Source: Dehalococcoidia bacterium (lineage in GTDB: Bacteria > Chloroflexota > Dehalococcoidia > Lucifugimonadales > UBA3495). Taken from it: DNA of 64,000 nucleotides. Position numbers and translations under genes: made by a program. Numbering within the stretch: position 1 is the stretch's first letter; the number at the start of each line of letters is the position of its first letter. Location: NCBI GenBank assembly GCA_965262485.1, contig OZ253540.1:2339882-2403881 (forward strand), read 5' to 3'. A model generated the notes under the pieces. It was given only the letters and a program-made list of their open reading frames with translations, made no database searches and was not told the DNA's origin. Positions 10,123 through 19,685 of this stretch are shown in pieces.

Positions 10123-10719
10123 ATGAACAGAACCCGCCAGTTCGTCACCACGGCCAGCGCAATTGCGCTGGCCGCAATCACAATTTACGCCGTCGCCATG
10201 CTCCCGGACCGGGCATCAGCCGCAAATCCGCCGCCATGCCCCGCCAGCTGGCCACCCGAACCACAGCAGGGAGCCGTCCCGACGGACCAGTACGGCCGCA
10301 TATCCCACGACGGCTTCCACACCGACTCCAACGGCGACGACTGGTACGTCATCCTCGACACCGACTCCAACGGCAACACCCATGCGCGCGCCTACCGGGC
10401 CGACACGCGCTACCAGATTGGCTATCAGCCAGGAAGCGCCGATGAGGTCTGCCACGTGAACCTCAGGCGACCGGGCGACGAGGCCGATTTTGAACAACCG
10501 CAACAGGTGGTCTTCCGGCGCGATCGTGATAAGAGCGTTTCGCCGCCTGGTCGGCCGGTCACGATCCGCCAGATCCTGGCGTCTATGAGCCCGGCCGACC
10601 AGGAGGCTGCGATTCTGTGCCTACTGCAGATTGCCGGAAATGCGGACCCCGACACGTTCCTGGACGACCCGGCCAACGTCCAGGCCGGCATAGAGGCCGG
10701 TTGCCTGCCAGCCCAGTGA
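10123..10719 (+). CDS. Secreted hypothetical protein
   Basis: 198 aa with signal peptide ..AIALAAITIYAVAMLPDRASAANPP. No domain recognised. Confidence 0.55.
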   Translation: MNRTRQFVTTASAIALAAITIYAVAMLPDRASAANPPPCPASWPPEPQQGAVPTDQYGRISHDGFHTDSNGDDWYVILDTDSNGNTHARAYRADTRYQIGYQPGSADEVCHVNLRRPGDEADFEQPQQVVFRRDRDKSVSPPGRPVTIRQILASMSPADQEAAILCLLQIAGNADPDTFLDDPANVQAGIEAGCLPAQ

Positions 10720-10725
10720 TGACCC

Positions 10726-11898
10726 ATGGACATACCGACCGAATACCTGGCGGGCTACACCGCCACCAGGTTCAGGAACCCGACGGAGGCTGACAACTAC
10801 ATCCTCCACACCAGGGTCGGCGACCCGCTGGCCGATGCGGCCAGCCTGGCTCTTTCGGAACTCCCGCCGGACGAGTCCGAACGGTTGGTTAGTGCCGGCA
10901 TGGACGACCTGCCAGAGGTCCTCCGCGCCGGCCCTCCCCAAGTCGCCGCGCTGTTCGAGGACGCAGCACATACCCCCGACTGGGTTGACCTGGATTCCTA
11001 CCGGGATGGATCACGCCTTTTCTTCCGGCATTCCAACATCGTTCTGGGAGCAATGCTCGCCGGCGTGCTCATCGAAGGCTTCTCGACCAACATCTCCAAA
11101 TCATTCCTCATCACCGGTCGCATACAGGACCAGGGCATACGCCGCCTCAAACAGAACAACCGCCATCTCATCGAGATATTCATCCCCGGCGGCATGGACC
11201 GCCATGGCGACGGCTGGAAACTCTCCGTGCGCCTTCGACTGGTGCACGCCCGCGCCAGACTTCTCTTCGCACGTTCTCCCGACCGGGACGAGGCCGCCTG
11301 GGGCACTCCCATCAGCGCCGCCCACACGGGCTTCGCCATAGCGGCGTTTTCCGCCCGGCTCCTGCACCACATGAGCCGGCTGGGCGCCCGTTTTTCCCAA
11401 GCGGAACGCGAGTCTTTCATGGGCGTCTGGCGCTATTCGGGACATCTAATGGGCGTCCCTGACACCATACTGTTCAAGGACCAAGACGAAGCCAACCGGA
11501 TATTCTAGATCGGCCGCGGCTGCGAGCCGCCCACAGACTTGGAATCCATCGTCATGGCCCATGCGCTCCTGAATTCGGCGCCGCTGGTGCTCGGCATCAC
11601 CCAGACTGACGAACGCCGCAGCATGGCACGCTATATGTTCAGCATTTCGCGCGCCCTGATCGGCAACCGGCTCGCCGACGAGCTGCGGTTCCCGAAGACA
11701 CGCGCCATGGGCGTACTCCCTTGGTTCCGCCTCCAGACCAGGTACAACTCATTCATGATCAGGTACGCGCCGACCCTCACCAGGCACAGCCGCTTCGAGA
11801 ACTTCGTAGACCTGCTCAAGACCGCGACCTTCGACCAAAACGGTATTTCATACCGACTCCCCAACCATGTATACTCCGAGCGTTCTCACAAATGGTGA
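10726..11898 (+). pseudogene. MpaB/DUF2236-family oxygenase with in-frame TAG (11506-11508)
   Basis: ORFs 10726-11508 and 11539-11898 share a frame, and the 10 intervening codons are open (..EANRIF*IGRGCEPPTDLESIVMAHALL). Motifs ..WKLSVRLRLVHARAR.., PISAAHTGFAIAAF, WRYSGHLMGVP. Confidence 0.65.
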
Positions 11899-13328
11899 CC
11901 GCTCCGCCAAACCGAAAGAGGACCGAGACCTTGAAGAACCGCCTGCCCCTACCCCCGGGGCCGCGAGGGCTCCCCCTGCTGGGGTCGCTACACCTCCTCA
12001 CCAAGGATACCCACCAGGCCGTCAACCGCATCGCTGGCCAGTTCGGCGACGTCTGCCTGATCCGGATCGGCCGCATACCCACGGTCGTGATCAGCGACCC
12101 GGCGATTCTGGCCGACGCCTTCGAGAAGCCGGAGTTCGCCGACCGCTGGGTGAGCCGCGCGTCCGCGATTTTGACCGAGCGCCAGAGCATCGCCGCGTCC
12201 CCTTACGGCGAACGCTGGCAGAGCCTGAGCCAACGAGTCCACGAGAACCTGTCATGCCCCCAGGGGGCCGTTGCCATTCACGAGCGGCAGGTTGTCCCGG
12301 CGGTGGAACGCCTCGCCAACCGTCTCGCCGGAGCTGCCGACACCGGCGTTCCCGTGAACATGGACGAGGCCATCGCCGACTCCGGTTGGGACATCGCCTT
12401 CTCGATCATGTTCGGAGCCCACCCCAGCGACCCGCCGGAGTACGAAACGCTCAAGACGGTCATGCGTCACGACACCGAGTGGGCCGAGCGAGCCGCCACC
12501 CAGCCCAGCCTGGGCGACCTGATACCCTGGTTGAAGCTCGTACCCGACCGCCACGTCAAACGGGCCAAGCGGCAGAGAGCGCTCAGAAGTCAGGGCATCA
12601 AAAAGCTGTTCGACATCGTCCGCAACCGCCCCTCGTTTGCCGGAGGCGAGCCCTCCTGCATCATGGACTTCATGCTGAACCAACGCGCCGACCTGTCGGA
12701 GCTGGCAATCGAGGCTTCCTGCGCCGACCTGCTCCTGGCCACCCATCCGGCAATCTACTCCATCCTCAAGTGGTGGCTGCTCATCCTCGCCAACCGCCCC
12801 CGGGTGCAGGCCGCCATCCGGCAGGAAATGGACGAAAACCTGGCCGCCGGCGAACCACCGACCGACCCGACGCTGCTCCCTTACACGTCGTCCTGCTACG
12901 ACGAATGCCTGCGTTACCGGACCACTGCGCCTCTTGGAGTGCCCCACCAGGCCGCCGCCGACACCGAGCTGGCAGGGTTCCGCATCCCCAAGGGAGTCCA
13001 GGTCCTGGCCAACATCCACGGCATCCACCACGACGAGCGTTATTGGGACGAACCGCACGTCTACCAGCCCGAGCGTTTCCTGGAAAAGAATCGCGCCACG
13101 CCAGGCCAGGACGCGTACCTCCCATTCGGATCCGGCATCCGCATCTGCCCGGGACAGCGCCTGGGACGGATGGCAACCTGGACCGCCGCCACACGAATTA
13201 TCAGAATGCTGTCCTTCCAAACCATAGACGACCTGCCGCTTTCCGAACGTGAAGTGTTCGGACTTACCCTCACGCCGAAACCGTATTCTGTGCTGATAAC
13301 CCGAAAGGCGGATGCCACCGGGCGGTGA
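11892..13328 (+). CDS. Cytochrome P450 (E-class-like) with an N-terminal PPGPxGxPxxG motif
   Basis: ATG sits in the ATGGTGA overlap with the upstream stop. LPLPPGPRGLPLLGS; ExxR ECLRYR; PERF as QPERF; heme loop FGSGIRICPGQRLG. The I-helix reads LLLATHPAI instead of AGxD/ETT. Confidence 0.85.
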   Translation: MVTAPPNRKRTETLKNRLPLPPGPRGLPLLGSLHLLTKDTHQAVNRIAGQFGDVCLIRIGRIPTVVISDPAILADAFEKPEFADRWVSRASAILTERQSIAASPYGERWQSLSQRVHENLSCPQGAVAIHERQVVPAVERLANRLAGAADTGVPVNMDEAIADSGWDIAFSIMFGAHPSDPPEYETLKTVMRHDTEWAERAATQPSLGDLIPWLKLVPDRHVKRAKRQRALRSQGIKKLFDIVRNRPSFAGGEPSCIMDFMLNQRADLSELAIEASCADLLLATHPAIYSILKWWLLILANRPRVQAAIRQEMDENLAAGEPPTDPTLLPYTSSCYDECLRYRTTAPLGVPHQAAADTELAGFRIPKGVQVLANIHGIHHDERYWDEPHVYQPERFLEKNRATPGQDAYLPFGSGIRICPGQRLGRMATWTAATRIIRMLSFQTIDDLPLSEREVFGLTLTPKPYSVLITRKADATGR

Positions 13329-13499
13329 CGGCGCTCGAACCGCGAACGCAGACCGGGCCGGGCGCTAGCTGCCGCCGCATCACACGTTGGGGATACCCTG
13401 CCAGGTGCGAACACCGGCGTCAGATTGCGAAATCCTCCAGTATCATGGCGGTCTTCCGTCACGGGCTCGCCAGAACCAGAGTAGCGAAATCGCCTCGAC

Positions 13500-13715
13500 A
13501 TGCCTAGAGGTGGCGGAAACGACGATAACCGTGCGGATCAGATGAACCCGAACAACGACGCCTACTGGGAGTCCCGGGGCTACGACGAGCGTCCCGATGA
13601 TTGGGAGGACCGTGTCGACGGCGATGATGACGGGGATGACGACAACCGCGCAAACCAGCTCAATCCCAACAACGATGCCTACTGGTCATCGCGTGGCGAG
13701 GAGCAACCTGGTTAG
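13500..13715 (+). CDS. Small acidic protein with two copies of DNRA(D/N)Q(M/L)NPNNDAYW(E/S)SRG
   Basis: 71-aa ORF with an internal duplication, followed by a terminator. Confidence 0.5.
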   Translation: MPRGGGNDDNRADQMNPNNDAYWESRGYDERPDDWEDRVDGDDDGDDDNRANQLNPNNDAYWSSRGEEQPG

Positions 13716-13736
13716 TTCATCGTCTGGCAGATGTTT

Positions 13737-13776
13737 ATGGGCGGCTCAATAGAGCCGCCCATCGTGGGTCGTTTTT
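13737..13776 (+). terminator. Rho-independent terminator
   Basis: ATGGGCGGCTC-aata-GAGCCGCCCAT: a perfect 11-bp stem, then ..GTCGTTTTT. Confidence 0.6.
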
Positions 13777-14329
13777 GCCCTGCCGTCGGTTAGTGGCGGC
13801 TCAGGCACTGTAGAAGGGCTGAATTTACGCCGGAGACGGCCACCCAGTTCGTTTGAGGGCTTGCTGGGTTTCCCTGCCCTTTCGCTGCTACAGGGCGTTC
13901 CTGGCCCGTTTACGGGCAATTCCAGCGGCCTATGTGGTTTCGATGCTTTGCACGTAGAGCGTCTTCCGGTTTCGCCAGAGCGCGTCTAGTTCAGTTACTT
14001 CCGCGCACTCGAATCGGTTGAAGGTCATTTCCGGGGAGTTTTGGAATTCGGTCGGTTTCTCAGTGCTTCCTCGGTTTCCGCCAGGTGGTAATAGGCCTCG
14101 GCGATGCGCCGGCTGTGGACGGCTATTGCCTTTAGCCTCTGGGTTTTTTATGAACACCGCCTTCCTGCGGTAACTGCGGGGGCTGTAAAGGGCGGCGGTA
14201 AAGTGAGCCACGTGGGCGGCTCGATCGTCGGCTTGCGGCTGTCGACGTCCAGGGAAATGTCCGCCTGAGTGTTCAGGGAGAATGATGCTCCTATAGATGT
14301 CAATCTGCGCTGCCGATTATTCCGGCGGA

Positions 14330-14600
14330 GTTCTGAAGCGCGGAGAAGACCTCGTGACCAACATGGCGTTTGAAGCAAGGGATGACTTCGGTCTTTCTCA
14401 TTCCCTCGCCGGTGCGACGGAGCATGTCCGCCTTGGTGGTGAGGGGAAAGCCAACGTCAATTACCGCCATTTCATAGGCTCTTTGGTGCGCAAGCCGGGT
14501 GCCTTAGCGCGTTACCGCTTTAGAGAGCAGCTGTTTCTCACCATGCACTTTTGCTTGACCTACGACGTGGTCAATCAATGGCCCGGCGTGTGGGTGTCGG
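14330..14600 (+). pseudogene. IS21-family IstA-like C-terminal fragment
   Basis: ..EHVRLGGEGKANVNYRHFIGSLVRKPGALARYRFREQLF..TYD resembles the conserved YRH..L.RKPGA block, recalled from memory. There is no intact gene around it. Confidence 0.35.
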
Positions 14601-14658
14601 TTCCGGCGTGGCGTGAGCGGCTGGGTGCTGAGACGTTGAGGCAGTCGGCAGTGGTCGT

Positions 14659-14871
14659 TTACATCGGGATGCCGGTAAGAGGGGGATGCTTCGGCCGCGA
14701 GTTGTCGTCAACGGTCCCTGGGGTCAACGCTCTCCGAAAGTAGGTAAGTGTTAGCGGTGTTGCTAATCGTCTGGTCTTGAGTATCATCTGACCGATGAGG
14801 GAATTTATTGGTCGGTCGGTCATGGTGAATACCTCGGGGATGCTCCGGCGCTGCGCGAAGGCTTCTGCCAT
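14659..14871 (-). CDS. Hypothetical 70-aa protein, third gene of the MazF operon, possibly 3'-truncated
   Basis: A strong SD (AAGGAAGGAG) lies 6-7 nt before the ATG, and the gene starts 34 nt after the MazF stop. Confidence 0.4.
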   Translation of the reverse strand: MAEAFAQRRSIPEVFTMTDRPINSLIGQMILKTRRLATPLTLTYFRRALTPGTVDDNSRPKHPPLTGIPM

Positions 14872-14904
14872 GTGGGCTCCTTCCTTAGTGCGGGGCGACG
14901 CGAA

Positions 14905-15660
14905 CTAAGGTGCGCGACCGTAAGTAGACGGTGGCGGTGGCCATTTCTGCTCGGGGTCCAGCATGGCGAGGAGGACACGATTGACCGAGTTTATGTTTGG
15001 TTGTCCGACCCAGCCTATCTTGTCCGTCAGCCGCGCATGGGCGGCTATTGATCGCATGCGATGGATCAACACTGACCCCGCAGTCTCGCCTTGATTTTCG
15101 TCTTTGATGGTGACCGGAACGCGAACGGGAGATTCGGGATTCTGCTCGAATTCGACTTCGGCTACGATGGCCATCTTGTTGCGGCTGTTGTAGTCCAGAA
15201 CAAACACCGGGGTCTCCATGGGTTGTTCGAGCCCTTTGTCGTCAGGGTTTTCGAACTGCGCGTACCAGACTGTGCCTTTGGCGACCTGCTTCGGTCCCGA
15301 CGTCGTGCTGATCGTACCCGGGTTGCGCTGGGTACTCGCCAAACGGGCGACCAGGATGTCCAAGGCCTTGTCCAATTCTTCCTTTGCCGCCTCGCCGCGG
15401 CGGCGACCTAAACGTGCCTTGTCGACGGATTTGATTTGGCGCACCGAGGCCCACGAGCAGGCGTCCTTGATTTCGACGTGGTTCCCGTAGTAGCGTTGGG
15501 CCGGAGCGGTTTCGGAAGTTGGAAATGAAATTGCGACGTGCAGTTGGTTGTTTACCTCGTTCCTGCTGACGATGAGTGCGCGGCGATGGTCTGAAAGCTC
15601 TTCGGCGACGATTGTTCCGTAGTCATAATCGTAGACGTCGCCTCTGATGGCGTTTGGCAC
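14905..15660 (-). CDS. Tandem (double) MazF/PemK-fold toxin in one polypeptide
   Basis: Residues 1-115: RGDVYDYDYG..HRRALIVSRNEVNN..VRQIKSVDKARLGRR. Residues ~125-240 repeat the pattern: KGTVWYAQF..TPVFVLDYNS..VLIHRMRSIAAHARLTDKIG. Confidence 0.7.
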   Translation of the reverse strand: MPNAIRGDVYDYDYGTIVAEELSDHRRALIVSRNEVNNQLHVAISFPTSETAPAQRYYGNHVEIKDACSWASVRQIKSVDKARLGRRRGEAAKEELDKALDILVARLASTQRNPGTISTTSGPKQVAKGTVWYAQFENPDDKGLEQPMETPVFVLDYNSRNKMAIVAEVEFEQNPESPVRVPVTIKDENQGETAGSVLIHRMRSIAAHARLTDKIGWVGQPNINSVNRVLLAMLDPEQKWPPPPSTYGRAP

Positions 15661-15674
15661 AACGGGCGATTCTC

Positions 15675-16283
15675 CTACTTGGCGTTGACGAATCTCAGAT
15701 CGGCTTCGATCCCCTCCGGTGTCTGCTCGATCTTCGTAAAGTCGACCTGAGGAAACATACGGTCCTGCTGAATGAAGTACGCGGCGTGCGCGACCTCATG
15801 TGCTTGGCAGACGGCATAGCAGGTGGCGATGATCTGGTCTGGAAACTCGGTCTTGTCCAAAGCACTGTCGAACCGTTCGAATTCTTCTTCCGTGAGCCAA
15901 TACGGGAGAACCTCGTGTGGTTCGCGCTGGCGTCGGACAAATTCCCGTGCGATCGCCCTGATGCGCTCGCGGGCTCCGGTGTCAAGCCAACTTTCGGTAG
16001 TTAGAACCAATTGGCCGAGGTGTTCTTCTGTTACAGAAGGATTGGCCGCCAGAATATAGTCCAATCGCTCGTCGGAATCCGTTTCCCTGATTTCAGAGAA
16101 GTACTTGACCGCCAACTCGATTGCCGGGTCAGTTACGTCTTCGGGCAAGCTATGCTGTGGCTCCGGTGTAGCCCAAACTGACCTGGGTTCATGGTGCATC
16201 ACGGGAGCGTATCTTTCGGGAGTTTTTTGTTCGTAGAGGTCTAGGACCGCGTGACGGTCGAGGGTTTGTGTGGTCATGGGCAC
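15675..16283 (-). CDS. Hypothetical 202-aa protein upstream of the tandem MazF (candidate antitoxin or partner)
   Basis: 14-nt gap to the MazF start, same strand. No DNA-binding motif recognised. Confidence 0.55.
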   Translation of the reverse strand: MPMTTQTLDRHAVLDLYEQKTPERYAPVMHHEPRSVWATPEPQHSLPEDVTDPAIELAVKYFSEIRETDSDERLDYILAANPSVTEEHLGQLVLTTESWLDTGARERIRAIAREFVRRQREPHEVLPYWLTEEEFERFDSALDKTEFPDQIIATCYAVCQAHEVAHAAYFIQQDRMFPQVDFTKIEQTPEGIEADLRFVNAK

Positions 16284-17122
16284 TCCTTCTCAGAAAGGTG
16301 GTGAGCCTTCCAGTTATCCACGGTCATTAGGCGTGGTCGGTGATGTTCTGTTTTGTCAATTCTGGTGCAGGAATGAGGTGGGTTTCGTAGTCAGGAAAAA
16401 CGCGCGTGTGTGCGGCGCATGAAGCGGTTTTCGTTGGAGTTCGGTTTGCATTGGAGACGGACAGCGAGGTACCGTCGTGGAACGGATGGGGCTAACCGAA
16501 CGGTTGGGTATGGCATGGTGTGGAGGTAAGGCGGTCGCCGGCCAAGGCGCGGACCGGTCCACGGCAGGGGCCTTCGGACGGGAGGCATCTTCCCGTCGTC
16601 CGTGGTCGCTGCTGCGTTTCAATAACGCGGGATGGAGGGAGCGACCGAACAGCGAGGGTCGGCTGACGGTTGCCACGCCTCGTTAAACTGGGTTGCCAGA
16701 CACGTCTGTGTCTCAATCCTGTGGGCGTAGCCTACGTTGGCGACGGCATCTTGGACGGCGCCGGTCCCACGTAGAATGGTGGCGGTGGTTCCGGCGGATA
16801 TGGACATTGGCACGGTCGTCATCAAATGCTCCATGCTGCAGGTGCGGCTAACTGCGGCAGGCACGATTGTTGTTATTAATACTGTAACACAGGCCCGCAG
16901 GTAGTCTGCCGCGGTGAAGTTTTGCGGATATTACGTCGTTGTTCACGTTACTGTCAAATCTGACGGTCTGCAGCGTGTTAGATCCATTGCGGAAATCGAC
17001 ACGGTTCTCCGCCGTGCTAAACGACATCGCTAAAGTAAGTCAGGCGTCGTAGACATGATGATGTGAATTTGACATTTCTGCTGGCCAGTTAGCCAGGACG
17101 TTTTCGCTGGTCATCGACACCT

Positions 17123-17440
17123 TTGGCGGGGCGAAGCTACGTGAAGGTCTGCGGGACTGTGACTGCTCCGGACGACTCGGGCGAGCGTTTCCTGCCGGGA
17201 AGCGACAACAACCTGTTCACTGATTTGGGTATGGGCTTTCGGGTCAACGACGACCGTGTTACGGATTGGTCCGACGTGGGCGTTGTCCCCGCCGGTGAGG
17301 CTGGGAGCGCGTGCGACGTATGGGAGGTTCCAGCCGGGTCCTCCACCGTCATCTACGCGGTCAACAACTGGCTGGAGAGCGCGGGCGTTTACCGGGTCGA
17401 GCTTTTCGCGGATGAACTGGATATTCCCGAGAACGAGTAG
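17123..17440 (+). CDS. Hypothetical protein
   Basis: 105-aa ORF with a non-ATG start. No similarity recognised. Confidence 0.3.
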   Translation: MAGRSYVKVCGTVTAPDDSGERFLPGSDNNLFTDLGMGFRVNDDRVTDWSDVGVVPAGEAGSACDVWEVPAGSSTVIYAVNNWLESAGVYRVELFADELDIPENE

Positions 17441-17514
17441 GGGCGTGTGATGGTCGGCAATTTCTACCGTGTCCCAGGTGAGGTGTAGCTGTTTGGTCAG
17501 AGCCGCAGGACGTC

Positions 17515-17765
17515 ATAGATTTCCGCTGTACGACAACGTGCCTGGCGGAGCCGGCCACGTCCGCGAGTTGCTGGCGGTGGGCCGATCGTGGTTGGAACGG
17601 GCGAAAGCAGTCCTATTTGTTGACGGTGCCCACGACTGGCGACGCCGGTCGGCCTGCTTGGACTGCCTGCTGTCCTTCCAGACGCAAAACGCGATGCGGC
17701 GAGGCCTTTTGGACCGGTCACAGGTACTTTCTGTCCTGTCCCAGCGTGTTGACAAATTGAGCACG
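17515..17765 (+). pseudogene. C-terminal fragment of a DUF1998 (helicase-associated Zn-binding) domain
   Basis: ..FPLYDNVPGGAGHVRELL...RSACLDCLLSFQTQNAMRRGLLDRSQVLSVL matches the ..YD..PGGAG...C..CL....NQ..H..LDR.. pattern. No helicase lies upstream. Confidence 0.45.
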
Positions 17766-17779
17766 AAGCCCGGAAATCG

Positions 17780-18050
17780 GGTTCCCGGCTACCTCTTTGA
17801 AAGTGTCCGAGAGTGTATTTCCGAGCTAACACTATTTGAAACACTTTTGGCGTCTGGGACCGCCGCTTGAATACGGTGGTCCGGCCTTGGGCCACGGACC
17901 CTGTTCCCGTGGGAACTCGTCGCGGTGCCTTCCGGCTTGAACACGCTTAGCTCCAGGCCCAAACGTGGTTGTCTTGGCTCGGAGCCGGATGGCTGCTGTC
18001 GCCACCCGGTGGACGCGGTCAGTACGTCCGGTATGTAGCCTGACTGCCAT
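17780..18050 (-). ncRNA. Predicted omega-RNA/reRNA region of the TnpB element (position-based only)
   Basis: The TnpB fold ends at ..AAVIIRNRAFV (~18030). The remaining ~80 ORF codons are low-complexity. In characterised elements the guide-RNA scaffold overlaps the tnpB 3' end. Confidence 0.25.
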
Positions 18051-19321
18051 TCACAGTGCCGGACGAAAGCCCGGTTGCGGATGATAACGGCGGCAGTCCA
18101 GTCGGCGTGGGCGTAAAGACCGCAGTTCCGGCACCGGAACACCGCTTGGCTCTCGCGGTTTTTCGGGTGCCGGTCTCCGCAGCGCAGGCAGGTCTGTAAC
18201 GTGCCGTGCGGCGGGACGAAGACGGTGGGTATGCCGAGTTTGGCAGCTTCCTCACGGAGGAGTTTGCCAACGTGGCCGATGGCCGCCTCGGCGAGACTCT
18301 CGTTGAGCTTTCGTTTCGCGGCGACGTTCTTGCCGGGTCTGTCGGCGGAGCCACGAGCTGAGGCCATCATGCTTATGGGTCTCAAGCTTTCGATAGCGAC
18401 CATTCTGGGCTGGGCTTCCAGCAGGATGTCGCGGATCTGCCGCCGCATTTCCTGGTCGCGACGCTGGGTGTAGCGGCGTGTCTTTTTCCGATGTTCGGCT
18501 ACGGCGTGGCAGCGGCGTTTGCTGTCTCTGGGTTTGCCGGCGACGTGGAGCTGATGCTTGCTGCGCTTCTTGCGGTGCTTCCCGCTGTGCGGGTTGTGGG
18601 TCCGTGAGCCGTTGCTGAACACGGCATGGTTCTTGCTACCACGGTCGGCGCCGAGGATGTCCTCGGGACGTTGGATGTCCGCGTGTTCCAGCGGCGCAGG
18701 GTCGGGTTCCCAGACCTGGACGTGTAGGCAGTAATGCCGTTGTTCCAGCGGCACGCGATGGCGGTACTGCTTGACCGGCGCCAGCCTGATGGAGCGTACG
18801 TCCAACTCTTTCAGGGTGGCTGTGGCGCGCAGCCGTAGGGTGAACTTGCACTGGCGGCTGGCGACGGTCTGACCATCGTCGCCGATTTGGAACAGTCGTT
18901 TGTCGGTGATGGTAAGGCTGAGCCGGCTGCGCTTGCGGGCGCGATGTGCCAGCGTGCGACGATGGGCACGGACATCCCGTTGCTTTGGTTCCTCGCCGTC
19001 GGCGATGGCCCGTGCGATGCGTTCCAGCCGCTCGGGGCGGTTTTGTTGTAGCCGCTGGTTGGCTTCCCAAGCTTGTTCGCCGCTTTCCTGGTGGATGTGG
19101 TAGGGCGCGTCGGCCTTTTGCCGATTCTCCTGCCGCCAAATCGTGATGCGCTTGTTGATGGCATCGGGATGGTTCCTGCCGCTGCGTTTGGGCAGGTTTG
19201 GTTCCCGGTTGAGCACGTCGACGGCGATGTTGTAGGCAGCGTTCTACTGGGTGGCATAGTAGCCGATGGCCCGGCTGTTGGCCGGGTCGTGGCGCAGCGC
19301 GAATTTCAGCGTACGGATCAT
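17789..19321 (-). pseudogene. tnpB: TnpB-like RuvC nuclease (IS200/IS605-IS607 accessory gene) with in-frame TAG (19244-19246)
   Basis: ATG at 19319-21, then MIRTLKFALRHDPANSRAIGYYATQ*NAAYNIAVDVLNREP..., in frame with the 475-aa ORF. RuvC D (GADRGSKN) and E (MVAIESL); CLRCG..CRNCG zinc ribbon; HADWTAAVIIRNRA. Confidence 0.75.
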
Positions 19322-19439
19322 GTTTGCCTGGCATCGAAGGGTTCGTGCATGATGATAACGTCATGGGGCCATGAGCGGCCCGCAGATGACGGTAGCCCTG
19401 ACGGGCTGTGGTGGTGAGGGAATTGCGCCTCTGGCGGTG

Positions 19440-19662
19440 TAGTCGTCAGAGATGCCCGGCGGTACGTCAACGTGGGGAACGATGGACGCAGCCTGGAGCG
19501 ACCGGCTTGGTAGCAGTTGTTGAGGGAGACACGGTCCGGTGTTCGAGTTTCGACCGGGTGCTGATCTACGGGTCTGACCGGCTGGGCAGGAACGCGGGTG
19601 ACCTGATGGCCGTTCGCGACCGGTCGCCCGAGACCGGAGACAAGCTGGTGTCCGCGCGGTAG
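19440..19662 (+). pseudogene. Serine recombinase catalytic-domain fragment (frameshift plus in-frame TAG at 19511-19513)
   Basis: ..DGRSLERPAW*QLL.. then, in another frame, GDTVRCSSFDRVLIYGSDRLGRNAGDLMAV..TGDKLVSA. Compare the resolvase pattern RPgl..LL....gD.lvv..lDRlgR. Confidence 0.4.
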
Positions 19663-19685
19663 CGGCGATGTTGTCGAGAGCATAG

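Noticed and set aside
10114-10125. The GLUG ORF, the next ORF (10123) and the MpaB ORF (10726) are all in frame 1, which could suggest read-through products.
   Set aside because: The 10123 ORF begins with its own signal peptide. The 10719 junction has a double stop (TGATGA). These are independent genes.
16290-17120. RNase P RNA, tmRNA, SRP RNA, a riboswitch or a group II intron in the ORF-free structured region.
   Set aside because: None of the signature sequences I know are present: GAGGAAAGUCCGGGC, a tRNA-like 3' end, a GUGYG start with a domain V hairpin, or the B12/TPP boxes. It is kept only as an unassigned observation.
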